From Vermamoeba vermiformis (Eukaryota): DNA of 64,000 nucleotides. The translations under genes were made by a program, and so were the position numbers. Below the pieces are notes generated by a model that was not told the origin of the DNA, did not search any database, and worked only from the letters and a program-made list of their open reading frames with translations. Location: assembly GCA_045837725.1 (NCBI GenBank), contig JBEWZL010000203.1, positions 1 to 64,000 of the forward strand. Direction: 5' to 3'. Below, in pieces: positions 1 to 12,726 of the stretch (its first letter is position 1; every line of letters starts with the position of its first letter).

Positions 1-187
1 AACGCACTTTGTTATTTTAACTGCCTGATGTCCAAACGCACCAAGTCAGAGCAATATTGACTATACGAACCTCATTGTATTGTGTCTTACAAAAAGTAGC
101 CTCAGCTGGTAGATGCAGATCGAATTTTCAAATAAATAACTTGTTTTTGTTTTATTACGGTTATTTTTATTATTGGAGTTGTGTCTA

Positions 188-3100
188 TTATTTATTGCCG
201 GTCATTTCAGCCTTTTCTTTACGTCTCTTTTCTTCCTCGCGTTTTCGTTTCAACAGATCTTGACGTTTCTTCTGAGCCAAGCCCAAATCAGTCAAATAAG
301 AAGCATATTCTTTGTCAACTTTCCATTTCTTTCTGTCACCCAAATCTCGTTTTTTATCTGGCTCGGCCAATTCCCACAATCGTTCTTCTTCTTCGGGCAA
401 ATCATCAATTTTCACACGCATTTCAGCACGGTCCAATTTTCCGAATTCTTCTTCTTCTTTTGTCTTTTGGACTTCAAGTGGATCGATCTCTTCGGGACTA
501 TAGTCACGAGCATCTGGCTCGTACAAGTTTCGTTTGGCCTCGATCGTGATCTCCGGATCTAACTCTGACATGCGTTCAAAAATGTATTGGTCCATTTCTT
601 GACGCAAGGCGGTGAGTTGGGCGTCATCTGCAAATATCGAAATTTCGTTAGATTAAAATAAACGAAAAAAAAAAATAATTGTTTCACGGATGTGATAATT
701 TTTCTCTACTTACCTCGCTTATCTTCAGGCAACATAGTACGAACGTGATTAATGAAGTTATCGACATCAGTTTTAGCAGTCCATAAGATATTGTTCACGC
801 GCACGACGTCATTTTTCTTGATCACGGTATCCATCTTGCTCGATCGTTTTTGATGGTTGTATTGATAGGTCAACAATTGTGCCCAATAATTCTTGCTGCG
901 CATCCATATTTTACTATATTAGGAAACAAAAAAATAGTTAGTCCAAAACTTCGCAAAAATTTTTTGTGCTGATCCAATACAAATTTTGAAGCATAATATA
1001 ATCTTAACATACCCATCTAATGTCTGAAGCAACATTCTATAAGCAAGTGCTCCTGCAGGATCGTTTTCTCGGAAATCTTTCTTATAGTCACGCAACCAAG
1101 CCATTAAATAACGAGCGTTCCAGCGGAACTAAAATATTACCAAATTAGGAAAAAATAACAAAAATAATACCTTCGAAGGCAGTACTTACATAGTTGATGA
1201 GTCGTAAAAATCTCATGTTACCTCTGGATCCGTCAACTAAAATAAATCGTAATTATTACTACTCCAAAAAAGGAAATAATGTAATTAACTCCGTACCTTG
1301 CTTTTCATCCCATTCACGATGTAATTCCAGCTCGTTGTATACTCGCTCGAATTTGGGTACTTGGTATGGCTTGTAATTCTTCAACATCAACATGTCAAAG
1401 ACTGGCTGCAATGGCAACTCGTCAATGAATCGATTGCGCACGTATGACTTCTGTGCCTTCATGTCCTTTTTAATCTTCTTTTGATTATCTACGATAAAAA
1501 ATATCATTAATAAAATTTTTCCATCGTCCGACGAAGATATTTTTTTTTTGCACTTACACTCGAAGGCCAAATTCTTCATGAACTGCATGCTGAGCTGTTC
1601 GTTATCCTTGCTATAGTCCAAAGGCATTCGCGGCCAGTACCACTGCTCGACAGGATTGAACAGACGAGTGAACTCAGAGTTGTAATAGTGGCTGAACTTG
1701 GTCAACACAGGCAGATCCGCGTCGTTGATTTGCGGGGTCTTGGGCTTGTAATAGCCCACGTCCAAATCAGGGTTGTTGAGGTAGTACTCGTACAACTGCT
1801 TTTCTTGTGCTGAAGTGAGTGTCGTAATGCCTGTTAGTTCGCTGATGGCTGGTACTTCAGGCGAGGCACGGCCCGACAAAGCCACGTGCCTGTTGTGCAC
1901 GAGTCGTCGCACCATTTCAGTGTAACTACAACGCAAATGTTAGGAAATGAAACTTCAACGATTAATTTAATAAGAATTTTGTTATCGTGCTGATCAGGTG
2001 AAGAAATTCGAAATTTTGTCATTGTTGGCGTTAACGCTTTTAGTTTGGTAAAAAAAAGCAATTAACTAGTCCAGTGTCAAAGTGTCATCATGCGCACGTT
2101 AATTTCCCTTCGCATTAACTTTTCAAACTACAATTACTTACCGCGCCGCCAAGACTGACTTTCTGACGCCAGGCTCTTCGTATTCAAAGTCTTCAGTCAA
2201 TTTGCTGACACGTGTAAAGTTGCGAACAAAGCCCGATCGATCGACGTATTGAATTCTAAGAAGAAAAATTATTAGCTCAATCTATTAATACTTATTTCAA
2301 CATACCTGATCGTGTATTCCGATCGTGTGTCCGTGTAATCAGATTGGTACATGCTCAGTTCTTTGTTCCCGAATGGAGTGTCGGTGGGCTTGAACGGGTT
2401 ATATTGCCACGTGTCCTTTCGTTCAATAGTGCTCGGCTTCTTTTGCAACTTGAACAAAAACAATCTCGGGTCCTCCTACAGAAAAAGTGTCAATTTTCAG
2501 AAAGATGACACGTGTCAAACATATTTAACTCCGTACCTCTAGTTTGACCTCTCTTCTAATCACTCGTTTGCGTGCTTGGTCGTCCCAAGTAGCCCGGTCA
2601 ATGTCTTCAACGAGGTCTCTGTCGTGGTGATAGGACCCGAACAAAGTCTTGACGTACAACTGCGGTGTCTTGTCTTTAAGTTTCTCAGCAAAATCGCGCT
2701 CAATAATCACTGCGGGAGTAGCTCTGCCCTCGGGATCGACAACGGCTTCTTGCCTAATCTCGTCTTTGTAGTATGGCGAGACTTGATAGTCGTAGCCATA
2801 GACCTTGTCGACCTTGTAGTTCTCGAAGTCAACCCAAACCTAGACACGTTCAGTCAATATATAGACCTCTAATTAGGCTATATCATCGTGTGTTTCTTAC
2901 TTTAACGTCGTAGAATCGCGGCAGCACTGAGTTCAAGAACATGGCGCCGTGTTGCCTGTCGTACTTCTTTCGGAACTCATCCGAGAAGATGTTGCGGAAC
3001 TCAAGATAGTTAGCTCCGCGTACACTTTCTGTTAAGAGTACAAAATGTTAGCTCATTAACATTACCACAATCTAGGCACGTACCGATTGTTTTTACAATT

Positions 3101-5960
3101 GCGGAATCAAATCTTCGTCCGCTAACGGAGATAAAAGAAGTATTTACACCTGCCAATCAAAAGTTAATTTGTGCGATAAAATTGCGTTGGATTAGCTTTG
3201 CAGACTTACATTTGGTTTCGTTAGCTTCTCGAAGACTCTTCTTAATGCTCTCCAAGTTCTCGTAGGCAGGAACGGTGTCGGTCAACACGACGGTACGAAG
3301 TTCGAGGAACTCTCTGAATTCCTATAATAGCATGTTAGACTCAAATAGAGCAGTGAGCAAATGCTTGTATGAGACTTACATTGAACACAGCCACGTCTTC
3401 TTCGTTGTAAGTGTCGTGAGCGAATTTAGCGGCAGAGGCGTGATCAACATTGTCGCCAGGGAACGTGTCCAAGATGGTGTTGAACAACTTAGTGTGCTCA
3501 ATGACTTGGTTGTCAGTGAACGGCATCAATGTCTTCAAGCCGTCCTTGGTGCGCATTGACACGGCAATCATGTCGTGGCCATCCATTTGACCTAAGATGA
3601 ATTGTACTGCGTCGTGAACTCTGTTCAATTGACGGTAGTACGGCTTCTTCAGTTGTTCTTTCATGTACTTCAACAACTGAACCTTGCCTTCCTTTTCTAT
3701 ATTCAAACATTATTAGAGAAATGCACTATTTAGTGTTACTATCTACGTACCGTATTTTTCAATGTTCGGATCTCGACCGAGCAACAAACGATTAATTTGG
3801 AATTTCTCGTCAAGATCAGCCTTTTGAATGAACTCCTCCCAAGTGTCAAACTCGGGCATGTCAGGGGCCGTAGAGACGTATTCAGTGGCCGACAAGTCAA
3901 TCACAATGTGCATCTTCAGCATGGGTCTCGTGTACTCCACAGCGCGTTGGAGACGTTCGTAAGGGTGCATCCACTTGACCTTTTTGAAGATCATACCCTT
4001 GTCTGTCAGAGTTTCGTATACTGGAATTGGCTAAGCAAAGTATTAGTACCACTTCTATTACTAAGGCAAGAAATACGTACCTTGAAGTCATCAGCCACAG
4101 CTTGCACGTTCACTCGGGCGTAGTATTCTTCGTTGCCAGTGAATGGATCCGGTGTTTTCGCGAACGACAAGGACAGAACAGGGTTCCTGTAGTCTTCGAT
4201 AATCTTTCTAGGAAGGGTGGCAAATTCGGGTTTCTGAACGAAGTTAGTAACGCAAGTACATTCAACGTCAAAATTCACTTACGCCCTGAGACTCGTCCCA
4301 CAGAGGATTAAGTGGCGGTAGCTTTGTCTTTGCAATAACATCATTGAAATTGATTGCGACTGGCAATGGCAGTGACGAGCCTGTTCTCAAGTGACCCTCA
4401 GCTTCAGCGAAAGATTGAGGCTTCGTGATCTAATGTCAAATCATTAGGGTAGAGCTAATTAAGCGTTGAATGTCAAGACTATCGTACCTTCGTGTCCCTG
4501 ATGACATGTCCCAAGTGGTCAACAGTTCTGTTACGGAAGAAATGTGGCTGCAATAGACCCTGTTCACGAGCTCCGTAGAGAGCAGTGCCGACAGCCAAAG
4601 CACTCATCGGTGGTACGACTGTGCGTGAGGTGGCCATGAAAGTCTCTCGTTCAACTGCTTCAGCTGAGCTAGGGTACTGCAGTGAGTTGCCACCGACGAG
4701 AATCGTGTGAGTAAATTCACTGGCCAACACGCCTGATTGCGTCATCAACTCGCCCAAAGTAGCGGCAATGTTGCGCAAAGGCAAGTGAGTCATAAGAGCA
4801 CGTGCTTCGCGTGACACGAAGATGACAACTTCATCGACAATGACACTAGTCTCGACTTCAGTCACCAAATTCTCGTTGATTTGTTGCACGTAAGGTCTCA
4901 ACATCCTTTCAACAGAGCCTCGTGACTGGAACATGTATTTGAGAGGTTTCTACAGACAAAGATTAGTTCGCTGAACGAACATTTTGCACCTCGAAATACT
5001 ACGTACCACTTTGACGAGCTTGTCGTAGACGTAATCTAATACAGCCTGGTCGACAGCCTCGCGAATAGCTTTATCTTCAACGTGGCCCAAAACGTCGTAT
5101 TGGCCGTCAAAGACGCGCATAACACTCGCACGGAAGTTTTCACCAAAATCTAATTGCCGATTAGCCACTGAAATACCGTGTATTGACGTGTCTTCTCGTG
5201 CAACTTACCGGCCAACAAGTATTGCCCGTTTTGTTCCAATCGCCACGTGCTGTTTAAGATCGCCAAGGGCTCTTCAACTAACTTCACGATTTTAATGCCC
5301 GCAATCTCCGCTGCGTGCAAAAGTTCTTCGCGTTGACGAGGAGTGAAGGTATACGGTACTGATACATACGCCTCTACTGGCTCGTTCACGTTATTTTGGT
5401 GCATATATGCCGCTAGAGAGAATATTAGCCAAATAAGGAACATTTAATTTTTGATTTTACGTACCAGCACTCTGGCCCATAGCTTTGAAAATTTGAGCGA
5501 CGAGTTCTGCGGGCTGATATTGATTGCTTTGAAGCACGACAGTGTATTGACCGAGTAGTGACTTCACTCGTTGCACACCGCTCGTGGGATCATCTTGGAT
5601 CTGCATAGAAAAATTCATTTTCAATAAATACCGAAGAATATTTATAAAATTATAGCGCATTTCAATAAATTAAAGTATTTTGAAGTATTAAAATAAAAAT
5701 TAGGGAACTCGCAGATCGATCAAGCCGTATTTAGGGATAGGCTTACCATTTTGAAGGCATTATTGCCAACAATAAAATCATTGCCGCTTTTTGCAACGAC
5801 TGAATGCCAGAAATCTGTATTGTCTTGGATGTTGCGAACTAATCTGGGCTTTTTGGTCACTGGATCAAACACGGATAATCTGCTTCGATGATTTCCTATG
5901 TCTATGCCAAATATAGGTCTTCCTTTTCCGCTTGTTTGCAGTCCAGTGAGAGGAGTTACC
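188..5960 (-). CDS. Large multi-exon protein: degenerate Hsp70-like nucleotide-binding domain + vWA-like domain + long charged C-terminal region (5' end uncertain, probably extends to higher coordinates)
   Basis: Roughly 16 GT-AG-bounded exons. Hsp70-like motifs IFGIDIGNHRS, VSVPYTFTPRQREELLHAAEIAGIKIVKLVEEPLA, ILVGGNS, ALAVGTALYGA. vWA-like motifs HIVIDLSATE and VVLTDT. Stop at 188. Confidence 0.6.
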
Positions 5961-6432
5961 TAAATTATTTAAAAATAATTCAGTCAACAAGATCCGATGT
6001 TCAATGATATAATAGAACCATAAAAAAACTATTTTAACGTGTAATCATATGTATAATATAAAAATAAAATGCAAATATTATTGTAGAAAGAGCCTGTCAA
6101 TTTTAAAAAATTCAGATAATTTAGATCGAGGTCACGCGGCGTGTTTAGCATTAAATAATTCGCTAGCAGACTATTGCATTTATATACACGATAAAAACAA
6201 ATTATTCAGCATGATTGCTACTCACCTCGGCTTGATCTCTTCGCAGAGATCTATTTAAAATCCGAACTGCTCGTAACATTTATCGCTATTTAATTTACAA
6301 TACCATAAATATAATACATATATGATGCTACGCAAAGAGCTAGGGCATAAAAAGTCCTCTTTCGCATCTAGCCGTTTTGAACTCACCAAAAATTTGCTCG
6401 TCAAAATTCGAACACGCGCCACAATCACAGCA

Positions 6433-6449
6433 AATTAATTTCAATACTG
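6433..6449 (+). repeat. Left target-site duplication (AATTAATTTCAATACTG)
   Basis: Identical 17-mer at 13100-13116, on the other side of the retrotransposon. Confidence 0.9.
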
Positions 6450-6510
6450 GGTGTTTCAGTCATGTGTTGGGCACCACAAATCAATTTATCTATATTTTAT
6501 TAAAACCGAA

Positions 6511-9500
6511 ATGACCAGCCAAATGGACCTCGATCAGGAGGAGAACATTATAACGCAATTAGAGAACCTAGAAATAACAATTAAGAACAAAGCTATTATT
6601 ATCGATGACCTCGAAGAACAGAAGATCCGAGACAAACCCGAAAACTTTATTGTTCTGAAGATCACCGACATTTCAGCAAAGAACGAGAACAAGAACGACA
6701 TTGCCTTCTCAATGGTGCTCATGGACACCGAACAAGAAGGCTTCAAATGGGAAACAACGCTGTCCAGTGAAACTGCGATGAAGATCCGATACTTTACAGA
6801 CTGTCTTCAAACGTACGCAGCGAAACAGAAGGAAGAGGAAGAGCAACGAATAACGAACATACCAGAATCAATTCCAATCACCGAAGCGAAACTTGAAGGC
6901 GCGCACTTAACAGTGAAAGGTGTCACAGCAGATGTCATGAAGAAATCCTCGACGGCGATCCGCGAACACTTAGAGAAAGCTCTCAAAGTCAAGATTAATA
7001 ACGTGCAAAAACCTGAATCAAAAGGAAATGCAGAAATGGACTACGTCTTCATCAACCTCAATCCGGATGAAGCGGACAAAATCGCTAACAGAGAGGTGGC
7101 TCACATGGAAATCGACTACCGAGCTGATTATGGAGATCGAGACGTTGCTAGAACTGTCTTACTACGAACGAGTGGTAACCATGGTTTCAATAAGGAAGAC
7201 AGAGATCAAATCCGAAACATCATCATCAAAGGAATTGAAGAGCAAACCGATCAACTAATTAGCAAAAGCAAAGTGCTAGTATTCCCAGGAAAAAGCAATA
7301 ATCAATTCTGGGGAGTAGTCAATACGACCAGAAAGTTTTTCGCCCAGCAAATCAAGAACCTCGAGATCAAGGAGAACGGACTAGAAATAGAGTTCTACAT
7401 GACAGGAAAGAGAATACCGAAGTCATACACGGAAATAACGATCTCCAATGTTCCGAGAAAGATTACAGCAACGCAAGACGAAAACAGCGTAATCCAAGAA
7501 ATTCAGAACAAGACGGGAATTAAACCAGCTTACCTCGATTTCGACAAAAGCAAAGGATTGATTTATATTGGAACATTCACAGCAGAGGAAAGCGATAAAA
7601 TCAAAAGACAATTAAAGCAGATCAATGACACAAATGTGAAAATTCAAAACACGATCGACTACAACGAATCAATGGAAAGACAACCAGATCAAATTCAATT
7701 GAAGTCAAAAGAAACCAATACTGGAATGGAGATAGTCAACGAATTTAGAACGACAACTAACCTTCTTATCGAAACGGTGAGAAGATCGATCGAACAAACC
7801 GACCGTTTATTAGCAATCCAAGAAAAGCAGATTGCAATTCAAGCCGAGAGAGACAAGAGTAATGACGAAAGATTCAATCAGCTAATGACGCTAATGACAA
7901 GTCAAATTGAAAGAGATCAAAAACGATCCGAGATCGAACAAGAGAAAGAGCGAGCAAGAGAAGAAATGCAGAAAAAGCTTGACGACAAAATCAACAAAGT
8001 AATGGAGACATTGTCAATCAATCCGGATCAACGAACAACCAAGAAAAGAACGCGCGAAGACGACGAAGGAGAAGATAAACAAAGCAAACAACCCCGTGTA
8101 GCATCGTCAATAAATAAGCCTTCCCTGTATCCCCGTACGACAATTATAATGACCTTGTTCCTATTAATATCCCAGGTACAAGCGAGTAATACCAACGCGT
8201 TAGAGGAAAAACACATAACGATCTCGGCAGTGAACGTAATGTGTCTATCGTCTCTAATAATAATAAATAAGCTCGTACGGTGGATACAGGATTATGAGCC
8301 CGATATAATAATACTAACAGAACACAAAATTAGACGGATCCACGGCACAGTCACTCCAATAAATATACCAGGCTACGAATGGCGAAGCATAAGTGCGAAA
8401 TCAAAACGAATAAGAAGAAGACCAAATAGTGCACGAGGAGGAGTAGCAATACTAACAAAGCCAAGCATAATCACGATTGATCCAAAGAACAACGACGAAA
8501 ACGAAATAACGGAAGGAAGATATTGCGAGTTATCTGTCGTTACACAAGAAAACGAAAGAATACGAATAATTGGAGTATATGGACCAGCAGACCAGAGAGA
8601 ACAACCGCAATTCCTAAATCAAATCACGAAGATCGTCAAAGAAAATGAAAATCGAATCATCATTGGTGGCGATTTCAATAACTTAATTAGCAAAAAAGAC
8701 GCCACGCATAATACGCACCATAAAATCAAACATATGCAGCTTTTTCGGGACAAATGTCAGTTAGAAGAACATGATGAAAACGACAATATTAAAGAACGAG
8801 CCACCTTCATGAGAAAGAACTACGCAAGTAAACTAGACTACATATTAACTAATTTCCGAGACGGAGTGGTCACGAGCAAAACAATTAACGTCGAGATCGC
8901 GGACCACCTACCGGTAGCACTAACAATCTCCCCCAAGTTAATTACAGGAAACGTAGAAGCGCAACAATTCAAAGAACGAATCAAAATTGATAGAAGAGAC
9001 AAAAAGAAATTACACGAATACCAAAGAATGATCAGTAACTGGTGCTACCAAAACGAGGAAACGATCGAAGAATTTAAAACGGACAAGAAAGACAAAGGCG
9101 AGCACCTCTATGAACAATTTAACGAAATTATAACGACAACGGCGAAGCGTATCTACGCACAGACAAAAAGAAGTATCAAGAAGGCGACCAGAACCTTCCC
9201 GTACGACTCGAAAGGAGGACGGCTAATAGGAAGAATTAGCTGGATCAACAGGGCGATCAAAAGAATGAAATTCATACAAGCAACAAATCCGATTAATATA
9301 ACAAATGAAGATAGGAAGATTTTCGAACCAAACGAGTTGACGGAAGATATCGCCGAACTCAAACCAGGAGACATAAATCACGCCGATATCGACAGATACT
9401 TGAAGGAGCTAATTAATAAGAAGAATCGAACCAATAAGAAACTGAATAAAGAAATCAAAGCATTCCGAGAACAACGAACGAAAGAATGGCAAGACTTGAT

Positions 9501-12500
9501 CAAGAACGAAGGGCATGCCAACTCATCGAAAATTAGATCAATTCTCAATAGAGCTCAGAACGTCCAATTGAGAGCTATAACTACAAATGATGGAGAATTA
9601 ATAACAAACCCCGACAACGTAAAAGAATCGATAGCAGACTATTTCGAACAACAGCGTCAAAACATACAACCCAGGAACGTAACAAAACCATGGTTACACG
9701 ATGATATTTGGAAGGAAACAAGAGCACAAATAGCACAATATAATAGTAACCAAAAACTGGAAGCTGACATAACGGTCGACGAATTGACAAATCATATTAG
9801 AGAAAGACCAAACGGAAAGGCTAGCGGTATTGACGAGGTAACGTACGAAATGATTAAAATATTACCCAAGGAAGGAATTGAATTATACACGAATATTTTA
9901 AACGCTATCGTTAATGAAAAATTATCACCTAAAAATTTCAAGAGCGCGGAAATCGTATTAATTTACAAACGAGATAACCAATATTCACCAAAAAATTACC
10001 GACCGATTACGCTCTTGGAAATAGCATACAAAGTAATTACAGGAGTGATCGCAGAACGAATTAGCATAATGAACCAACAAATACAATTCATAACACCATG
10101 TCAATTTGGAGGAATTGCAAATACGAGTTGCGGAGAAGCAACCCAAGTGATAATTAACATCATTAAGAAAGCTCATAGACAGCAGGATGAACTGCACATC
10201 GGATGCCACGATATTTCTGGAGCGTACGACAACGAACCAAACGAAGCCGTCATCGACACATTCCGCTCTCTAGGATTACCAAATAAGATGATAGAAACAA
10301 TTATCTTCATGCAAGACAAACTAATTAACAAAGTGCGAACAGTATACGGACACTCACGAGATATAATCTTCAACAAAGGAATACCACAAGGAGACCCTTT
10401 CAGCGTGCTCAAATTTGTCCTTTTCATGGATATGTTTACGCGCTGGATGATATCGAAGCAAAGAGGATACGAGGTAAATAATATACACATACCAGGACTA
10501 CAATGGATAGATGACTCGAATTTCATCGCACGATCAAACGAAGAACTACAAACAATGACTAACGAGCTAGTACAATTCCTGGACGCGTATCAAATGAAAT
10601 TATCACCACACAAAAGCAGCTATATGGCCTTCAATAATAACAACGATGACATAATCAACGTTGACCAGACAGAAATCAAACCGAGTAACACAATGCGCTT
10701 CTTGGGATATCACATAGACAAATACGTTAACTGGAGTGAACATGAAAGAATAATGAAATACGCAATGAAAAATAGCATGAAGCGAATAACGAAACATAAT
10801 ATACCAGCCGAAACAAAGCTGAACCTGATTAACTCGGACACCATTAGTATATACAGATTTTCAGCGGATCTGGTACCGTACAGCAAATCTTTCAACAAGG
10901 AAATAATTAGAGCGATTAAGAACAAAGCAGATCCAACGAACGCCTACCGCATCGCAACATCGATGTATTTCCTCGACAAGAAACTATTTGCGCATCATAT
11001 CGAAGACCTCGAGGCAATTAATAAAGGAAGGATGGTAAGTAACCTCATGAAGTGCTTAAATAACAAGAATATTTTCGTACGATTAACGACCGAGAACACA
11101 ATAACGGATATGAATAAAGACTATAAAACACAAGTATTAAACGGAAGAAATATACGGAACGATAACAAATCAAAGAAATATCCACCAAACATCGTTAACG
11201 CAATCAAAACACTGCACGAATTAGACATAAAAATCTTCATCAACAAGGCCCCGACAAAGGAGATAGAGGATTTAACGATCGAAGAATACTTCAACGAAAT
11301 CAAACTAACAAAAGAGCAAGAGAAAACCCTTGAAACCGAACTCAAGGGCAGGAAGAACGAAAAAATGAAGAAAATATGCAGTTTATTCAAACGAAATGGA
11401 AGAGAACACGCTCCAATATACGATCTAATTACCTGCCGTCCCATAAACTACCACTACGAAACAACATTCAAACTACCAATAGATAGACAACGAGCAATAC
11501 TACCGATATTCAACCAAGTCTATGAAACAGCGCATGCTAGATTAGAACGATACACCGAACGAATGCAACACAACGTACCGTTAAACAACCTGATATGGGC
11601 AACGGACGGATCTAAACGAGGTGAAATTGCAACCACGGCAGTGGTGTCAGATAAAGCCACGTACAAACACCGAGTGCCCGAACAACAGTCAATTGCAAGA
11701 GCAGAGGCATACGGAATCCAAATATGCCTAGAAAAGAACCTAATCAATAACAGGAACATCAATATTATATCGGACTCAAAAACGACTCTACAAATCATCG
11801 AAAAATACCGGAGAACGAGAAAAGAGAAAATAATCAATAAGAATGACAACGCATCAATTATACGAAGAATCGTAGAGATCATGGACCAGGTAAACGTATC
11901 ACTAAGACATATTAAAGCGCATACAGGAAACCAAGACGAACTTTCGAAACTCAACGAGAAGGCAGATAAAGCGGCAAAAGAAACGAATGAACGAGAACAA
12001 CGGGCCCCAATCAACTGGAAACACTTACCAATGTATATCCCGCTAATTAAGAACGAGTTATTCGAAGGCAATATCTCCAAAATAATCCGAATAGATAGCC
12101 AAAACCAACGCATGAAGAAAGAAGCAACAATAGCATCGATAAGAACAGCAACAAGCGAACAAGTATGGAAAATTCCGTCTTTCTTTAGTACCGGAAGGAA
12201 TCAAGACAGACTGAACTTCGCCATACAATGCAACGCCAAAGCACTGCCAACAATGAGCCTATTGTCAACAAGATGCGCAGAATTATACGACTCGAGATTA
12301 TGCCCGGCGTGTGGAAAAGAAGACGAAGATCAAGAACACGTGATGCTACGATGCGAAAAGTACCACGAAATAAGAGAAGAACTGAAGCAACAAATTAAGG
12401 ATGAAATGAACATACCAAATGACAGATATCTATGGCTCGCACCAACACAAGAGAACCGCTTCTTCCCTGAGCAATTAGCTTGTCGCGGAGCAATACCGAT

Positions 12501-12726
12501 ACACCTGGAGAGAGTCATTACATTAAGGAAAGCGAAGAGAATTAATAATATCATTATTCAATCATTCAATCAAATATGGAATGAAAGGAACAAGATCATA
12601 GTCGAGAAAGGACTTACGCACGTAGAACAGAAGGCTAGAAAGCTCGAAGAACAATTCAACAATATTGAACAAGAGGAAGAAGAGCAAAGAAAGGCAATCG
12701 AGCAACTATATTTTAACGAATTTTAA
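6511..12726 (+). CDS. Retrotransposon polyprotein: ORF1-like coiled-coil region + APE endonuclease + reverse transcriptase + RNase H + C-terminal zinc finger (about 2071 aa from first ATG)
   Basis: APE: PDIIILTEH, RGGVAIL, GVYGP, IIGGDFN, SKLDYIL, ADHLPV. RT: KASGID, YRPITLL, QFGG, DISGAYD, GIPQGDPFS, WIDD, FLGY. RNase H: ATDGS, RAEAYG, ISDS, HIKAHTG, NEKADKAAK. ZnF: CPACGKEDEDQEHVMLRC, then IWNERN. Confidence 0.93.
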   Translation: MTSQMDLDQEENIITQLENLEITIKNKAIIIDDLEEQKIRDKPENFIVLKITDISAKNENKNDIAFSMVLMDTEQEGFKWETTLSSETAMKIRYFTDCLQTYAAKQKEEEEQRITNIPESIPITEAKLEGAHLTVKGVTADVMKKSSTAIREHLEKALKVKINNVQKPESKGNAEMDYVFINLNPDEADKIANREVAHMEIDYRADYGDRDVARTVLLRTSGNHGFNKEDRDQIRNIIIKGIEEQTDQLISKSKVLVFPGKSNNQFWGVVNTTRKFFAQQIKNLEIKENGLEIEFYMTGKRIPKSYTEITISNVPRKITATQDENSVIQEIQNKTGIKPAYLDFDKSKGLIYIGTFTAEESDKIKRQLKQINDTNVKIQNTIDYNESMERQPDQIQLKSKETNTGMEIVNEFRTTTNLLIETVRRSIEQTDRLLAIQEKQIAIQAERDKSNDERFNQLMTLMTSQIERDQKRSEIEQEKERAREEMQKKLDDKINKVMETLSINPDQRTTKKRTREDDEGEDKQSKQPRVASSINKPSLYPRTTIIMTLFLLISQVQASNTNALEEKHITISAVNVMCLSSLIIINKLVRWIQDYEPDIIILTEHKIRRIHGTVTPINIPGYEWRSISAKSKRIRRRPNSARGGVAILTKPSIITIDPKNNDENEITEGRYCELSVVTQENERIRIIGVYGPADQREQPQFLNQITKIVKENENRIIIGGDFNNLISKKDATHNTHHKIKHMQLFRDKCQLEEHDENDNIKERATFMRKNYASKLDYILTNFRDGVVTSKTINVEIADHLPVALTISPKLITGNVEAQQFKERIKIDRRDKKKLHEYQRMISNWCYQNEETIEEFKTDKKDKGEHLYEQFNEIITTTAKRIYAQTKRSIKKATRTFPYDSKGGRLIGRISWINRAIKRMKFIQATNPINITNEDRKIFEPNELTEDIAELKPGDINHADIDRYLKELINKKNRTNKKLNKEIKAFREQRTKEWQDLIKNEGHANSSKIRSILNRAQNVQLRAITTNDGELITNPDNVKESIADYFEQQRQNIQPRNVTKPWLHDDIWKETRAQIAQYNSNQKLEADITVDELTNHIRERPNGKASGIDEVTYEMIKILPKEGIELYTNILNAIVNEKLSPKNFKSAEIVLIYKRDNQYSPKNYRPITLLEIAYKVITGVIAERISIMNQQIQFITPCQFGGIANTSCGEATQVIINIIKKAHRQQDELHIGCHDISGAYDNEPNEAVIDTFRSLGLPNKMIETIIFMQDKLINKVRTVYGHSRDIIFNKGIPQGDPFSVLKFVLFMDMFTRWMISKQRGYEVNNIHIPGLQWIDDSNFIARSNEELQTMTNELVQFLDAYQMKLSPHKSSYMAFNNNNDDIINVDQTEIKPSNTMRFLGYHIDKYVNWSEHERIMKYAMKNSMKRITKHNIPAETKLNLINSDTISIYRFSADLVPYSKSFNKEIIRAIKNKADPTNAYRIATSMYFLDKKLFAHHIEDLEAINKGRMVSNLMKCLNNKNIFVRLTTENTITDMNKDYKTQVLNGRNIRNDNKSKKYPPNIVNAIKTLHELDIKIFINKAPTKEIEDLTIEEYFNEIKLTKEQEKTLETELKGRKNEKMKKICSLFKRNGREHAPIYDLITCRPINYHYETTFKLPIDRQRAILPIFNQVYETAHARLERYTERMQHNVPLNNLIWATDGSKRGEIATTAVVSDKATYKHRVPEQQSIARAEAYGIQICLEKNLINNRNINIISDSKTTLQIIEKYRRTRKEKIINKNDNASIIRRIVEIMDQVNVSLRHIKAHTGNQDELSKLNEKADKAAKETNEREQRAPINWKHLPMYIPLIKNELFEGNISKIIRIDSQNQRMKKEATIASIRTATSEQVWKIPSFFSTGRNQDRLNFAIQCNAKALPTMSLLSTRCAELYDSRLCPACGKEDEDQEHVMLRCEKYHEIREELKQQIKDEMNIPNDRYLWLAPTQENRFFPEQLACRGAIPIHLERVITLRKAKRINNIIIQSFNQIWNERNKIIVEKGLTHVEQKARKLEEQFNNIEQEEEEQRKAIEQLYFNEF

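Noticed and set aside
6400-6425. tRNA or B-box (GTTCGAAT on the minus strand) next to the LINE, suggesting tRNA-targeted insertion
   Set aside because: No T-stem, A-box or cloverleaf can be formed.
6451-6510. GTG start of the 2091-aa ORF
   Set aside because: In a eukaryotic context the first ATG at 6511 is more plausible, and this segment is the element's 5' UTR.
8140-8200. Canonical 2A ribosome-skipping peptide
   Set aside because: The D(V/I)ExNPGP motif is absent.
11121-12113. Minus-strand ORFs inside the LINE
   Set aside because: By-product of the A-rich strand bias; low-complexity F/L/I/S content.
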